Positions 1-10,007 of a stretch of DNA of 64,000 bases are shown here, piece after piece (positions within the stretch are counted from its first letter, which is position 1; each line of letters starts with the position of its first letter). Source of the stretch: Noviherbaspirillum sp. (GTDB taxonomy: Bacteria; Pseudomonadota; Gammaproteobacteria; Burkholderiales; Burkholderiaceae_D). The notes under the pieces are model-generated. The model was not told the origin of the DNA, did not search any database, and saw only the letters and a program-made list of their open reading frames with translations. A program made the translations under genes and the position numbers. Location of the stretch: the NCBI GenBank assembly GCA_035654275.1, contig DASRXG010000066.1, forward strand, positions 8,584 to 72,583. Reading direction: 5' to 3'.

Positions 1-190
1 GCGCGACCGCGGGACGGCCATGCAGACCCGAGGAGGCAAAGAAGATTTCTGAAGAGAGGGCTTGTGCTGCACGCTGCGAAAACCGGAAATCGATGAAGCT
101 TCCGAATCAAGAAATCCAGTTCGAAGACGGTTGCCGGAGCCTCCGGAACAACCCATCCTCCGGTTGTCCCTGAACAGGTATGTACCAAAG

Positions 191-215
191 AAAAAAGCCC
201 CGAAAGGGGCTTTTT
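191..215. terminator. Intrinsic terminator downstream of tRNA-Ser, potentially bidirectional
   Basis: AAAAAAGCCCC-GAAA-GGGGCTTTTT hairpin with A and T tracts on both sides. Confidence 0.85.
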
Positions 216-221
216 GATATC

Positions 222-315
222 TGGCGGAGACGGAGGGATTCGAACCCTCGATACAGGTTTAAGCCCATATGCTTCCTTAGCAGGGAAGTGCCTTCGACCA
301 CTCGGCCACGTCTCC
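222..315 (-). tRNA. tRNA-Ser(GCT)
   Basis: Minus strand reads GGAGACGTGGCCGAGTGGTCGAAGGCA-CTTCC-CT-GCT-AA-GGAAG, long variable arm, GGTTCGAATCC T-arm and CCA end. Confidence 0.97.
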
Positions 316-358
316 ACACTCAAGACGGTGTTGCAAGTCCGCCTAAGTGAAGTCCCGC

Positions 359-387
359 ATGATAGCTGCTCATGCGGACTTGGTCAA
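359..387 (-). promoter_or_regulatory. sigma70-type promoter for tRNA-Ser
   Basis: TTGACC-N17-TATCAT on minus strand about 45 nt upstream of the tRNA. Confidence 0.7.
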
Positions 388-414
388 TGAAACTGTGCAG
401 TTTGCTGGGTTTGA

Positions 415-1665
415 TCAAGCTTTTTCGAGATCGAACGCCTTGTGCAGCGCACGCACAGCCAGCTCCATGTACTTCTCGTCGATCAGCACGGAGATCTTGA
501 TTTCCGAGGTCGAGATCATCTGGATGTTGATGCCTTCTTCCGACAGCGTGCGGAACATCTGCGACGCGATACCCACATGGCTGCGCATGCCGACGCCGAC
601 CACCGATACCTTGGATACCTTGGTGTCGCCGGTAATGCTGGCTGCGCCGATATGGTCCTTGACGCTCTTGTTCAATACGTCCATCGCCTTGGCATATTCG
701 CCGCGCGCCACGGTGAAGGTGAAGTCCGTCTTGCCTTCGACGGACTGGTTCTGGATGATCATGTCGACTTCGATGTTCGCATCGGCGACCGGGCCGAGGA
801 TCTGGTAAGCGATGCCCGGCTTGTCCGGCACGCCCAGCACAGTGATCTTCGCTTCGTCGCGATTGAACGCGATACCCGAAATGACGGCTTGTTCCATGTG
901 TGTATCTTCCTCAAACGAAATCAGGGTGCCGGAATTGGCTTCTTCTTCCAGCGGCATGAGCGGATCGGTCAGCGACGACAATACACGCGTCGGCATCCGG
1001 TAGTTACCTGCAAATTCCACGGAGCGGATCTGCAGCACTTTCGAGCCCAGCGATGCCAGCTCAAGCATTTCTTCGAACGTGACAGTCTTGAGGCGACGCG
1101 CCTCGGACACGACGCGCGGGTCGGTCGTATAGACACCATCGACGTCGGTATAGATCAGGCATTCTTGCGCCTTCAGCGCTGCCGCCACAGCCACAGCCGA
1201 GGTATCGGAGCCTCCACGGCCGAGGGTGGTGATGTTACCTGCGTCATCCACCCCCTGGAAACCGGTAATGATGACAATCTTGCCTTCGGCCAGATCCTTG
1301 CGCACGCGCGTATCGTCGATCGACTGGATGCGCGCCTTGGTAAACGCGGAGTCGGTTTTGATCGGCACCTGCCAGCCTGCGTAGGACACAGCCTTCTTGC
1401 CAATGGTCTGCAACGCCATCGACAGCAACGCGACCGATACCTGCTCGCCGGTCGAAGCCAGCATGTCGAGCTCGCGAGGATCAGGCTGCGGCATGATCTC
1501 CTTGGCGAGGGCGATCAGCCGGTTGGTTTCGCCGGACATGGCGGAAGGCACCACGACAATCTGGTGGCCCGCGTCATGCCATTTGGCGACGCGCTTTGCG
1601 ACGTTCTTGATGCGCTCGGTGGAGCCCATCGAAGTGCCGCCGTATTTGTGGACGATTAAAGCCAT
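415..1665 (-). CDS. lysC: Aspartate kinase
   Basis: MALIVHKYGGTS start, TTLGRGGSDTSA and YTDVDGVYTTDPR motifs, two C-terminal ACT domains; start moved to ATG at 1665. Confidence 0.97.
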   Translation of the reverse strand: MALIVHKYGGTSMGSTERIKNVAKRVAKWHDAGHQIVVVPSAMSGETNRLIALAKEIMPQPDPRELDMLASTGEQVSVALLSMALQTIGKKAVSYAGWQVPIKTDSAFTKARIQSIDDTRVRKDLAEGKIVIITGFQGVDDAGNITTLGRGGSDTSAVAVAAALKAQECLIYTDVDGVYTTDPRVVSEARRLKTVTFEEMLELASLGSKVLQIRSVEFAGNYRMPTRVLSSLTDPLMPLEEEANSGTLISFEEDTHMEQAVISGIAFNRDEAKITVLGVPDKPGIAYQILGPVADANIEVDMIIQNQSVEGKTDFTFTVARGEYAKAMDVLNKSVKDHIGAASITGDTKVSKVSVVGVGMRSHVGIASQMFRTLSEEGINIQMISTSEIKISVLIDEKYMELAVRALHKAFDLEKA

Positions 1666-1699
1666 AAGGGTTGGGGGATTGCGCTGAAAAAGAGAAATT

Positions 1700-1713
1700 T
1701 TGATTAAAATCAA
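1700..1713. promoter_or_regulatory. FNR/CRP-family box (TTGAT-N4-ATCAA) at the lysC transcription start
   Basis: TTGATTAAAATCAA, exact match to the FNR consensus. Confidence 0.5.
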
Positions 1714-1719
1714 CCCTTT

Positions 1720-1748
1720 ACTTTACCTTCTGCAACGCAGAATGACAA
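1720..1748 (-). promoter_or_regulatory. sigma70-type promoter for lysC
   Basis: TTGTCA-N17-TAAAGT on minus strand. Confidence 0.6.
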
Positions 1749-1768
1749 GTAGAGAACCGATGAAATTA

Positions 1769-1799
1769 CGTTAAAAATCATTGAAAACCGTTAAAAATC
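1769..1799. repeat. Direct repeat CGTTAAAAATC x2 with 20-bp period, upstream of lysC promoter
   Basis: Exact 11-mer at 1769-1779 and 1789-1799. Confidence 0.6.
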
Positions 1800-1809
1800 C
1801 GGCAGGATC

Positions 1810-3189
1810 TTATTCTGAAAAATATTCCCACCGCAGGCTGACCGCCTCCCCGGTTCGCACCGGAAATTCACGCCAGTTCAATCCGATACCGGCAGCAAAC
1901 AACAGCTTGTCACCAGCGTTAACCAAGGGAAGCCTTTGACGCTCCCATGCCGGGATATCCAGAGCCTGGTAATGATGCTTGAGGCTCTTCGTGGGGCGGT
2001 TAAGTGCCGCCTTGAGCCTCTCGCCGCCATGCCGGTATCGCACAATTAGTTCCTGCGCCTTCAACCAGGTGGGATCTATGCCCTGATCCACCAAGTCAAA
2101 ATGAAGCGTCCCGCCATATTCAGGCAAAAGCATCTGCGTCTCGCCCTGCCAGCGAAGCCTCAACACTGGAACAACTGCATCGTCGGCGCGGCGCGGCGTC
2201 ATGAAAATCCTGCCGCGATGCCTGCGGATTTCACAATCAGCATGCGTCACCCGCAATTGCGCATCCTCGCGTGCTCCAAGCAACTGCTCGCGCATCTCGC
2301 TTAGCCACGCCGTTGAAGGCATTCGCACGCCACGCAAGGTAAACCAATGACGCAGGACGTTATCCATCCGATCGGTACTGAATTGCACCAAGCGTTTGAT
2401 ATCAATGCTCTCGCCATCGAGGCACATAGCAAGATCCTGCTCTGCCAATTCATTCAACAGCCGCTGTGCAGCCTGTGCATGGTGAGCGGTGCGAGCCATT
2501 CGCTGCTGAAATCCCGGGAAATACTCGGCAAGCACCGGCATGACCTGATGGCGCAAAGCGTTGCGCGCATATCGCACATCCGCGTTGGACTCATCCACCA
2601 CATAGTGGATATCCGCCTGCGCAACGAATTGCTCCAACTCGGCACGTGTAACCTCAAGAAGGGGGCGACCAATGTGCAGGTCAGGATTCCCAAGAAGCTC
2701 TGGTGCCGCATTCAACCTGTCCATCCCAGACAGGCCAGCCACACCGGCGCCACGCAGCATCTGCAGCAGAACCGTTTCTGCCTGGTCGTCCAGATGATGC
2801 GCCGTCAGCAGCAGAGGTACGCAATGACCACGACAAAGCGCCCCTAGTGCCGCATATCGTCCGATCCTTGCCGCCTGCTCCGTGCCATCCTTGTCCACAT
2901 CTTCAAGCACAATGCGGCGCGCGCCGAAACGGACACCCAGACGCTCGCATTGTTTTTCACAATGCTTGAGCCATTCGTCCGCATTTGAGCTCAGGCCATG
3001 GTGAACGTGAAATGCAAACAGCGTAATGCCATGCTTGGCCGCATATGCGTGCGCCAGATGCAGCAAAGCAGCAGAGTCCAGGCCACCACTGTATGCCACC
3101 GCAAGCGCAGAAACAGAAACGCGCGTCCGGATCTCTCCTAACGCGCGTTCGAAGGCGTCGCTCGGCGACGCCACCAGCTTTTCTGTCAC
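1810..3189 (-). CDS. tilS: tRNA(Ile)-lysidine synthetase
   Basis: PP-loop AYSGGLDS, AHHLDDQAET, RPLL and RNALR motifs; follows accA. Confidence 0.96.
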   Translation of the reverse strand: MTEKLVASPSDAFERALGEIRTRVSVSALAVAYSGGLDSAALLHLAHAYAAKHGITLFAFHVHHGLSSNADEWLKHCEKQCERLGVRFGARRIVLEDVDKDGTEQAARIGRYAALGALCRGHCVPLLLTAHHLDDQAETVLLQMLRGAGVAGLSGMDRLNAAPELLGNPDLHIGRPLLEVTRAELEQFVAQADIHYVVDESNADVRYARNALRHQVMPVLAEYFPGFQQRMARTAHHAQAAQRLLNELAEQDLAMCLDGESIDIKRLVQFSTDRMDNVLRHWFTLRGVRMPSTAWLSEMREQLLGAREDAQLRVTHADCEIRRHRGRIFMTPRRADDAVVPVLRLRWQGETQMLLPEYGGTLHFDLVDQGIDPTWLKAQELIVRYRHGGERLKAALNRPTKSLKHHYQALDIPAWERQRLPLVNAGDKLLFAAGIGLNWREFPVRTGEAVSLRWEYFSE

Positions 3190-3192
3190 GGC

Positions 3193-4167
3193 TTATTCCG
3201 GTGAATTGATTTCCTTGAACTTACCGTAGCCCATCAGCTTTTCATGGCGTGCCGCAAGCAAGTCCTTGGTCTTCATGCCCTGGAACTGGCGCAGCGAATC
3301 TGCCAGCGCGCGCTTCAACAGCGACGCCATCTGCTTCGGGTCGCGATGCGCTCCACCCAGCGGCTCATTAACGATCTTGTCAATCAAGCCCATTGCCTTC
3401 AGACGATGTGCGGTCAGGCCCAAAGCGTCTGCAGCATCCGCGGCTCGCTCCGAAGTTTTCCAGAGAATGGATGCACAACCCTCAGGCGAGATCACCGAGT
3501 AAGTTGCATATTGCAGCATCAGCACTGCATCGCCGACAGCAATGGCCAACGCACCACCGGAACCGCCTTCGCCGATGATCGTCGCGATCAGCGGCACCTT
3601 CAGCTCAGCCATCACATACAGGTTGTGACCGATTGCCTCGGACTGGCCGCGTTCTTCGGCATCAATGCCAGGGAACGCACCCGGCGTATCGACAAAGGTG
3701 AAAATGGGCAAACCGAATTTCTCTGCGACCTTCATCAGGCGCATCGCCTTGCGATAGCCTTCCGGCTTCGGCATACCGAAGTTGCGCATCGCGCGCTCCT
3801 TGGTATCACGGCCTTTCTGGTGGCCGATCACCATGCAAGCCTGGCCGTTAAAGCGGGCAAGACCACCGACGATCGACAGGTCATCCGCATAAGTGCGGTC
3901 GCCGTGCAGTTCATGGAAGTCCGTGAAGATCTCGTTCACGTAATCCATCGTGTAGGGACGCTGCGGATGGCGCGCGATCTGCGAAACCTGCCACGGGGTC
4001 AGCTTCGCGTAGATGTCCTTCGTGAGCTGCTGGCTTTTCTTGGAGAGCCGCTCGATCTCTTCCGAAATATCGACTGCCGAATCATCCTGCACAAAGCGCA
4101 GTTCTTCGATTTTTCCTTCAAGTTCGGCAATTGGCTGCTCAAAACCGAGAAAAGTTGTCTTGCTCAT
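3193..4167 (-). CDS. accA: Acetyl-CoA carboxylase carboxyltransferase alpha subunit
   Basis: [31 protein letters not shown] motifs. Confidence 0.98.
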   Translation of the reverse strand: MSKTTFLGFEQPIAELEGKIEELRFVQDDSAVDISEEIERLSKKSQQLTKDIYAKLTPWQVSQIARHPQRPYTMDYVNEIFTDFHELHGDRTYADDLSIVGGLARFNGQACMVIGHQKGRDTKERAMRNFGMPKPEGYRKAMRLMKVAEKFGLPIFTFVDTPGAFPGIDAEERGQSEAIGHNLYVMAELKVPLIATIIGEGGSGGALAIAVGDAVLMLQYATYSVISPEGCASILWKTSERAADAADALGLTAHRLKAMGLIDKIVNEPLGGAHRDPKQMASLLKRALADSLRQFQGMKTKDLLAARHEKLMGYGKFKEINSPE

Positions 4168-4208
4168 CGTGCCTCCTTATGCAACACGAGGTGAATTGCT
4201 TGCGCGAC

Positions 4209-4859
4209 TCAGTACACGACGGGCGAAGCATCGAGGCTGCGCCATAGATACCACGTCGCGACTGTGCGCCACGGTTCCCAGTTAGCTGCAACTTCACGTG
4301 CGTCACTGCGGGATACCGGCTCACCGGAAAAATAGTTAATGCTAATGCCTTTTAGCAATCCAAGGTCGTCCAAAGGCAATATGTTGGGCCGGAGCAGATT
4401 AAATATCAAAAACATCTCCGCTGTCCAGCGTCCGATTCCCCGGATTTGTATCAGTTCCGAGATGACTTCCTCGTCGTCCATCTCGACCCACTTGTCAGCA
4501 TGTACACGTTTTGCCTTGAAATGGTCGGCCAGATCGATAAGATATTCCGCTTTCCTTTTCGACAACCCGCACCCGGCCAGCTTCTCCGGTCCAACTTTCA
4601 GGATCTGGGCTGGAGTGCATTTTGGACACGCTTCTATCACTTTCCGCCACACCGAATCCGCCGCCTTGACGGAAATCTGCTGGCTAATGATCGAACGCAC
4701 CAATGTCGTAAACGCTTCGCTTCGACCGGTCAGGTGCATGTCTCCAAACTGGGGAATGAGCTTGCGCATGATGCGGTCGCGCTTCATGAGCTCTTCCTTG
4801 GCATCATGCCAATATGCGGGCGCGCACGGGATGACCGTCGCTTGTCGCACTGTTGCCAT
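4209..4859 (-). CDS. alkA: DNA-3-methyladenine glycosylase II family (HhH-GPD)
   Basis: SIISQQISVKAA, HhH IRGIGRWTAEMFL, LPLDDLG, WEPWRTVATWYLW. Confidence 0.88.
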   Translation of the reverse strand: MATVRQATVIPCAPAYWHDAKEELMKRDRIMRKLIPQFGDMHLTGRSEAFTTLVRSIISQQISVKAADSVWRKVIEACPKCTPAQILKVGPEKLAGCGLSKRKAEYLIDLADHFKAKRVHADKWVEMDDEEVISELIQIRGIGRWTAEMFLIFNLLRPNILPLDDLGLLKGISINYFSGEPVSRSDAREVAANWEPWRTVATWYLWRSLDASPVVY

Positions 4860-4864
4860 ACTGC

Positions 4865-6256
4865 TTATGCCCTTCTCCACTCGGTGATGCCGCCCGGTTT
4901 GTCCTCGAGGACAATGCCGTATGCCAGCAACTCGGCGCGAATGCGATCCGCTTCCGCAAAATTCTTCGCCTTCTTTGCTGCGGCCCGCGCTTCGATCTGC
5001 ACAGTGATAGCGTCTTCCGAAAGCCCGTCTCGGTCCATGGGACCCGCCTGCAGGAACTCCTGCGGCGAGCGTTGCAGCAATGCGATCGTGCCGGCAAGTG
5101 CCTTTAGTTGACGCGCCAGCGCGGCGGACTTCGTCTTGTTGACTTCGTTTGCCAGCTCAAAGAGAACAGCAATCGCAACCGGCGTATTGAAGTCATCGTT
5201 CATCGCCTCAGCAAAACGGACCGCATACGACTCATTCACGTCGAGCGTTTGCGAATCTGGTATTACATCCTTCAGCGCCGTATACAAGCGCGTCAGCGCA
5301 TGCTTGGCATCATCCAGATGTGCATCGGAATAGTTCAGCGGACTGCGGTAGTGTGCGCGCAGGATAAAGAAGCGCACGACTTCCGGATCGTATTTTTTGA
5401 GTACGTCGCGAATGGTGAAGAAATTGCCGAGCGACTTCGACATCTTCTCGTTGTCGACACGGATGAAGCCGTTATGCATCCAGTAATTTACGAATGGATG
5501 CCGGTGGGCGCCTTCCGACTGCGCAATCTCGTTCTCATGATGCGGGAATTGCAAGTCCTCGCCACCACCATGGATGTCGAACTGCTCGCCCAGCAATTCG
5601 CAGCTCATTGCCGAGCATTCGATATGCCATCCCGGACGGCCCTTGCCCCATTGCGAATCCCATTTAACCTCGTCGGGCTCCGACTCCTTGGCCGCTTTCC
5701 ACAAAACGAAATCCAGCGGATCGCGCTTTCCGGTGTTCAGTTCCACGCGTTCGCCGGCGCGCAAGTCATCCAGCGACTTGCCGGAGAGCTTGCCGTAGTT
5801 CGGAAAGTCGCGAACGGAATAATTGACGTCGCCGTCCGCCGCCTTGTAAGCAAGGCCATTGCGTTCGAGCCTCTCGATCAAACCAAGCATTTGCGGCACG
5901 AATTGCGTTGCGCGAGGCTCGTGGTCAGGCTTCTGCACTCCGAGTGCGGCAGCATCCTCATCCATTGCGTCGATGAAGCGTTGCGTCAGCTGAGAAATGG
6001 ACTCACCGTTCTCGACTGCGCGCTTGATGATCTTGTCGTCGATGTCGGTGATGTTGCGCACGTAGGTTACGTCCAGCCCTGACGCACGCAGCCAGCGCTG
6101 CACCATGTCGAATACCACCATGACCCGCGCATGACCGAGGTGACAATAGTCGTACACCGTCATTCCGCATACATACATGCGGACCTTACCTGGTTGCATC
6201 GGGACAAAGGTCTGCTTCTCACGCGCGAGCGTGTTGTAGATCTTGATGGATGTCAT
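4865..6256 (-). CDS. cysS: Cysteine--tRNA ligase
   Basis: [25 protein letters not shown] and KMSKS motifs. Confidence 0.98.
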   Translation of the reverse strand: MTSIKIYNTLAREKQTFVPMQPGKVRMYVCGMTVYDYCHLGHARVMVVFDMVQRWLRASGLDVTYVRNITDIDDKIIKRAVENGESISQLTQRFIDAMDEDAAALGVQKPDHEPRATQFVPQMLGLIERLERNGLAYKAADGDVNYSVRDFPNYGKLSGKSLDDLRAGERVELNTGKRDPLDFVLWKAAKESEPDEVKWDSQWGKGRPGWHIECSAMSCELLGEQFDIHGGGEDLQFPHHENEIAQSEGAHRHPFVNYWMHNGFIRVDNEKMSKSLGNFFTIRDVLKKYDPEVVRFFILRAHYRSPLNYSDAHLDDAKHALTRLYTALKDVIPDSQTLDVNESYAVRFAEAMNDDFNTPVAIAVLFELANEVNKTKSAALARQLKALAGTIALLQRSPQEFLQAGPMDRDGLSEDAITVQIEARAAAKKAKNFAEADRIRAELLAYGIVLEDKPGGITEWRRA

Positions 6257-6495
6257 GGGCGGTTTTCCGTTTCGGCTAAGGACGTTGTCGGACGCTTGGG
6301 TAGCGATTCATTATCTTCCTGCAGCGTGCGAATGACGTACTGCAACAAGGTGGCCGAAACCTTAAGTCATGCTTATTTTGATAAAATGCACGGTTTCGCA
6401 GCAGTATAACATCGGTTAAAACTGCGCTCCCCGGCAAAGGGAGAAGGAAGATACACAATCACTATTTGTCTGTAAAGAGTAAAGGAGAACCAGCA

Positions 6496-7074
6496 ATGCA
6501 CAACGGACGTCGGCATTTCATCCACCTGGTAGCAGCTCTTTCGCTGAGCAGCGTTTTCCTTGGTGCCCAAGCGGCGGACAACCCGAAGGTCGCGCTGAAA
6601 ACCAACATGGGTGAAATCGTGCTGGAGCTCTATCCGGAGAAAGCGCCGAAGACCGTCGAGAACTTCCTGCAGTATGTGAAGAGCGGCCATTACAACGGCA
6701 CCATCTTCCATCGCGTGATCAATGATTTCATGATCCAGGGTGGCGGTTTCGACAAGAACATGCGCGAGAAGGCGACGAATCCGCCGATTGAAAACGAAGC
6801 GAAGAACGGCCTCAAGAACGATACCTACACCGTTGCGATGGCCCGTACCGCTGCTCCTCATTCAGCATCCGCTCAGTTCTTCATCAACGTGAAGAACAAC
6901 AGCTTCCTTGATTACCCGAGCCGTGACGGCTGGGGCTATGCAGTGTTCGGCAAGGTTGTCAAAGGCACCGAAGTGGTCGACAAGATCAAGACGGTAGAAA
7001 CCACCAGCAGCGGCATGCACCAGAACGTTCCGGCCAAACCGGTCGTAATTGAATCCGCAACCATTACCAAGTAA
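6496..7074 (+). CDS. ppiA: Exported cyclophilin-type peptidyl-prolyl isomerase
   Basis: Signal peptide ending [17 protein letters not shown]; AAGGAG RBS before ATG 6496. Confidence 0.9.
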   Translation: MHNGRRHFIHLVAALSLSSVFLGAQAADNPKVALKTNMGEIVLELYPEKAPKTVENFLQYVKSGHYNGTIFHRVINDFMIQGGGFDKNMREKATNPPIENEAKNGLKNDTYTVAMARTAAPHSASAQFFINVKNNSFLDYPSRDGWGYAVFGKVVKGTEVVDKIKTVETTSSGMHQNVPAKPVVIESATITK

Positions 7075-7096
7075 TCCAACCTCCTTAAGGAATACC

Positions 7097-7585
7097 ATGG
7101 CTGTCATCCTTACCACCAACTACGGCAAAATCAAACTGGAACTCGACGCCGCAAAAGCACCGAAGACGGTAGAAAATTTCCTGTCGTATGTGCGTTCCGG
7201 CCACTACGATGGCACCATCTTCCATCGCGTCATCGATGGTTTCATGATCCAGGGCGGCGGCTTTGAAGCTGGCATGAAGCAAAAGCCGACCAAGGATCCA
7301 ATCGAAAATGAAGCAAAGAACGGCCTGAAAAACGATACCTACACCATCGCGATGGCCCGCACCTCGGCCCCACATTCGGCCTCTGCGCAATTTTTCATCA
7401 ACGTAAAGAACAACAGCTTCCTCGACTATCCGGGTCAGGACGGCTGGGGCTACTGCGTATTCGGCAAGGTCACGGAAGGCACCGACGTCGTAGACAAGAT
7501 CAAGTCCGTGAAGACGACCCGTACCGGCATGTTTGCCGACGTTCCGGTCGATAACGTCGTCATCGAAAAAGCAGAAGAAGTCTAA
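7097..7585 (+). CDS. ppiB: Cytoplasmic cyclophilin-type peptidyl-prolyl isomerase
   Basis: [14 protein letters not shown], no signal peptide, AAGGA RBS, upstream of lpxH. Confidence 0.93.
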   Translation: MAVILTTNYGKIKLELDAAKAPKTVENFLSYVRSGHYDGTIFHRVIDGFMIQGGGFEAGMKQKPTKDPIENEAKNGLKNDTYTIAMARTSAPHSASAQFFINVKNNSFLDYPGQDGWGYCVFGKVTEGTDVVDKIKSVKTTRTGMFADVPVDNVVIEKAEEV

Positions 7586-7609
7586 GCGTCGATTCGTCCG
7601 AAACACCGC

Positions 7610-8419
7610 ATGTCAATGCAGACTACGATGCCATCTGGCGCCAGCAACGAAGCGCAATCGAAACCGGTTGCGCTTTTTGTTTCGGACGTTCATTTGCAGG
7701 CCTCCCTCCCCCGGACCACGCAGGCCTTTCTCGCTTTTCTGCGAGAACAGGCAACATCTGCCCGGCAGCTTTACCTGCTGGGCGATATGTTCGAATACTG
7801 GGCCGGGGATGATGACCTTGCCACCCCTTACAACAGGCAAATAGCGGACGCGATCCGCGAGGTGAGCAACAGCGGCGTTTCGGTTTTCTGGATCGGCGGT
7901 AATCGGGATTTCCTGCTTGGAGAAGCGTTCGCAGAAACCGCCGGAATGACGCTCCTGCCCGACCCGTTTGTCGCTGACATTGCAAACCGGCGCATCGTCC
8001 TGACGCATGGTGATGAACAATGCACGGACGATCATGGATACATGGCGTTTCGTGCCCAAGTTCGCCAGCTAGAATGGCAACGGCAGTTCCTCGCCATGCC
8101 CTTAGCTCAACGCAAGGCAGTCATCGAGGGAATGCGCACTGGCAGTCGCGAGGCGCAACGCAACAAGTCATACGAAATCATGGACGTCAATGCTGCGGCA
8201 ATCGCATCGCTTTATGCGGCCACAGGTACGTCCATCATGATCCACGGCCATACGCACCGCCCTGCAACGCACGACGATCAGGTTTCCGGCGCGAACCGTG
8301 TGCGCCATGTGCTTCCCGACTGGGATTGCGATACTGAACAAACTCGCGGCGGGTGGCTCGCCATGTACGAAGATGGCTCCTTCAGGCGCTTTGCTGTTGA
8401 CGGTACTGCGGCAGAGTAA
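7610..8419 (+). CDS. lpxH: UDP-2,3-diacylglucosamine hydrolase
   Basis: Metallophosphoesterase motifs SDVHL, GDMFE, GNRDF, THGD, HGHTH; ppiB-lpxH synteny; exact start uncertain. Confidence 0.93.
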   Translation: MSMQTTMPSGASNEAQSKPVALFVSDVHLQASLPRTTQAFLAFLREQATSARQLYLLGDMFEYWAGDDDLATPYNRQIADAIREVSNSGVSVFWIGGNRDFLLGEAFAETAGMTLLPDPFVADIANRRIVLTHGDEQCTDDHGYMAFRAQVRQLEWQRQFLAMPLAQRKAVIEGMRTGSREAQRNKSYEIMDVNAAAIASLYAATGTSIMIHGHTHRPATHDDQVSGANRVRHVLPDWDCDTEQTRGGWLAMYEDGSFRRFAVDGTAAE

Positions 8420-8433
8420 GCGCCGCAATTGAC

Positions 8434-9120
8434 TCAGTCGAACTGCTTCTTGAAGCTTTCGAATTGCTCCGTCAGACGATCGACCTCACCGCGCAAGCGC
8501 GCCACTTCTGCCTCAAGCTGAGCAATGCGATCCTGGCGAGGTATATCGACCCCGCCAGAGAAACTTGCCGCCACCTCTTGGCGCTCAAGCACCTCATCAC
8601 CGGAAAGCAGATGCGCATAGCGCGCCTCCTTCGCTCCAGGAACTCGTGCCAAGCGCGCCACCAGCGGTGGATATTTATCGATGAGAAATTGCAGCCCTGC
8701 CTCCACGTCGGCGACGGCAGAAAATTCATACAGGCGTCCGCTGCGCGCCCGGATTTCGCCGGCAGTCTGGATCCCGCGCAGCATCAGTATCGTCAGTACC
8801 GCTAGCTTGTCCTGCTCCAGCGTCCATTTCATCCGCATGCGATGTTCGTACTTGACGACGCGTGCACCGGCCTGCCGCACCTCGGAAACCAGCTTTTTCT
8901 GAATGAGCCGCTGCAACACATCCAGTACCGTATCCTCGGAGATGGACATCACCGGATCGCGACTGGAAAGCTGATTGCACCCGTTTGTCAATGCATTGAG
9001 AGACAAAGGGTAGTTGTCCGGTGTTAGCGCCTCCTTTTCGGCCAGGACACCCAAGACGCGCACCTCAAATGCATCGAGAACGTCCGCACCATTGCCAGCC
9101 ACGTCATTTTGCTCGGTCAC
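8434..9120 (-). CDS. yceH: YceH family protein (DUF480)
   Basis: RVLGVLAEKEALTPDNYPLSLNALTNGCNQLSSRDPVM signature; GTG start with GGAG RBS. Confidence 0.88.
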   Translation of the reverse strand: MTEQNDVAGNGADVLDAFEVRVLGVLAEKEALTPDNYPLSLNALTNGCNQLSSRDPVMSISEDTVLDVLQRLIQKKLVSEVRQAGARVVKYEHRMRMKWTLEQDKLAVLTILMLRGIQTAGEIRARSGRLYEFSAVADVEAGLQFLIDKYPPLVARLARVPGAKEARYAHLLSGDEVLERQEVAASFSGGVDIPRQDRIAQLEAEVARLRGEVDRLTEQFESFKKQFD

Positions 9121-9130
9121 GGCCGACTCC

Positions 9131-9883
9131 TTATTCAACAAGCTTGTTCAACTGCTCGGCGTCGAGCTTATCCTTTTGCGGCAAGACCTCGCAGCCAACG
9201 CCTGCAGCGTTGAGCGCCGCAAGGATCTTCTGCATCTGCTGCTCCTGCAGAACGGCGTGATCGATCAGCTTGTGCAAGGCGGTCGACATCGGATCGTCTT
9301 CTGCATTAGGCGTAATCCCGTAAGCGGCGAACACACGGGCTGCAGCTTCCGCACGCTGCTTGCCCGCGTCCTTCTGGACGATATGCGCCGGATTGCCAAC
9401 AGCCGTTGCCCCTGGAGGCACTTCCTTAACCACGACAGCATTGGAACCAACCTTGGCCCCCTCGCCCACGGTAAAGCCGCCCAGCACCTTGGCACCCGCG
9501 CCGATGATTGCACCGCGTCCGAGCGTCGGATGGCGCTTTGCCCCCTTGCTCAGCGAAGTACCGCCCAGCGTCACGCCTTGATAAATCGTGCAATCGTCCC
9601 CGACTTCCGCCGTTTCACCAATGACGACACCGAAGCCATGGTCAATGAACACGCGCCGGCCGATTTTTGCTCCCGGATGAATCTCGATTCCAGTCAAGAC
9701 ACGGGCAATGTGCGAGATGAAGCGACCAAGCCACTTCCATCCTCGAACCCAGCACCAGTGCGCCCAGTGGTGCATCACGATGGCATGCAAGCCGGGATAA
9801 CAGGTCAGCACCTCCCAGGCGGTACGCGCGGCTGGGTCACGTTCTATGATGCTGGCGATGTCTTCGCGAAGGCGGCTAAACAT
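9131..9883 (-). CDS. cysE: Serine O-acetyltransferase
   Basis: [20 protein letters not shown] hexapeptide repeats, KRHPTLG. Confidence 0.96.
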   Translation of the reverse strand: MFSRLREDIASIIERDPAARTAWEVLTCYPGLHAIVMHHWAHWCWVRGWKWLGRFISHIARVLTGIEIHPGAKIGRRVFIDHGFGVVIGETAEVGDDCTIYQGVTLGGTSLSKGAKRHPTLGRGAIIGAGAKVLGGFTVGEGAKVGSNAVVVKEVPPGATAVGNPAHIVQKDAGKQRAEAAARVFAAYGITPNAEDDPMSTALHKLIDHAVLQEQQMQKILAALNAAGVGCEVLPQKDKLDAEQLNKLVE

Positions 9884-10007
9884 AGGAAAGCGGATTGGTT
9901 GCGTGGAGTTGCAATGTTAACGCGTTGCCGAGAGCTTTGCCTATTCCGACAAAGCAACTCTTCAACAAGCACGGGATCGGGGTGGGCGCAGGCCATCCCA
10001 AAAGAGC

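Noticed and set aside
1-190. Possible island or small ORF downstream of tRNA-Ser
   Set aside because: Terminator intact, no att duplication or integrase visible, and only a 26-aa ORF without support; the rest lies outside the window
107-319. 70-aa minus-strand ORF
   Set aside because: Overlaps tRNA-Ser and its terminator
1666-1809. Lysine riboswitch upstream of lysC
   Set aside because: Predicted leader is only about 50 nt and lacks the motif
9939-9966. IscR-like site upstream of cysE
   Set aside because: Only one partial half-site (ATTCCGAC); too weak by eye
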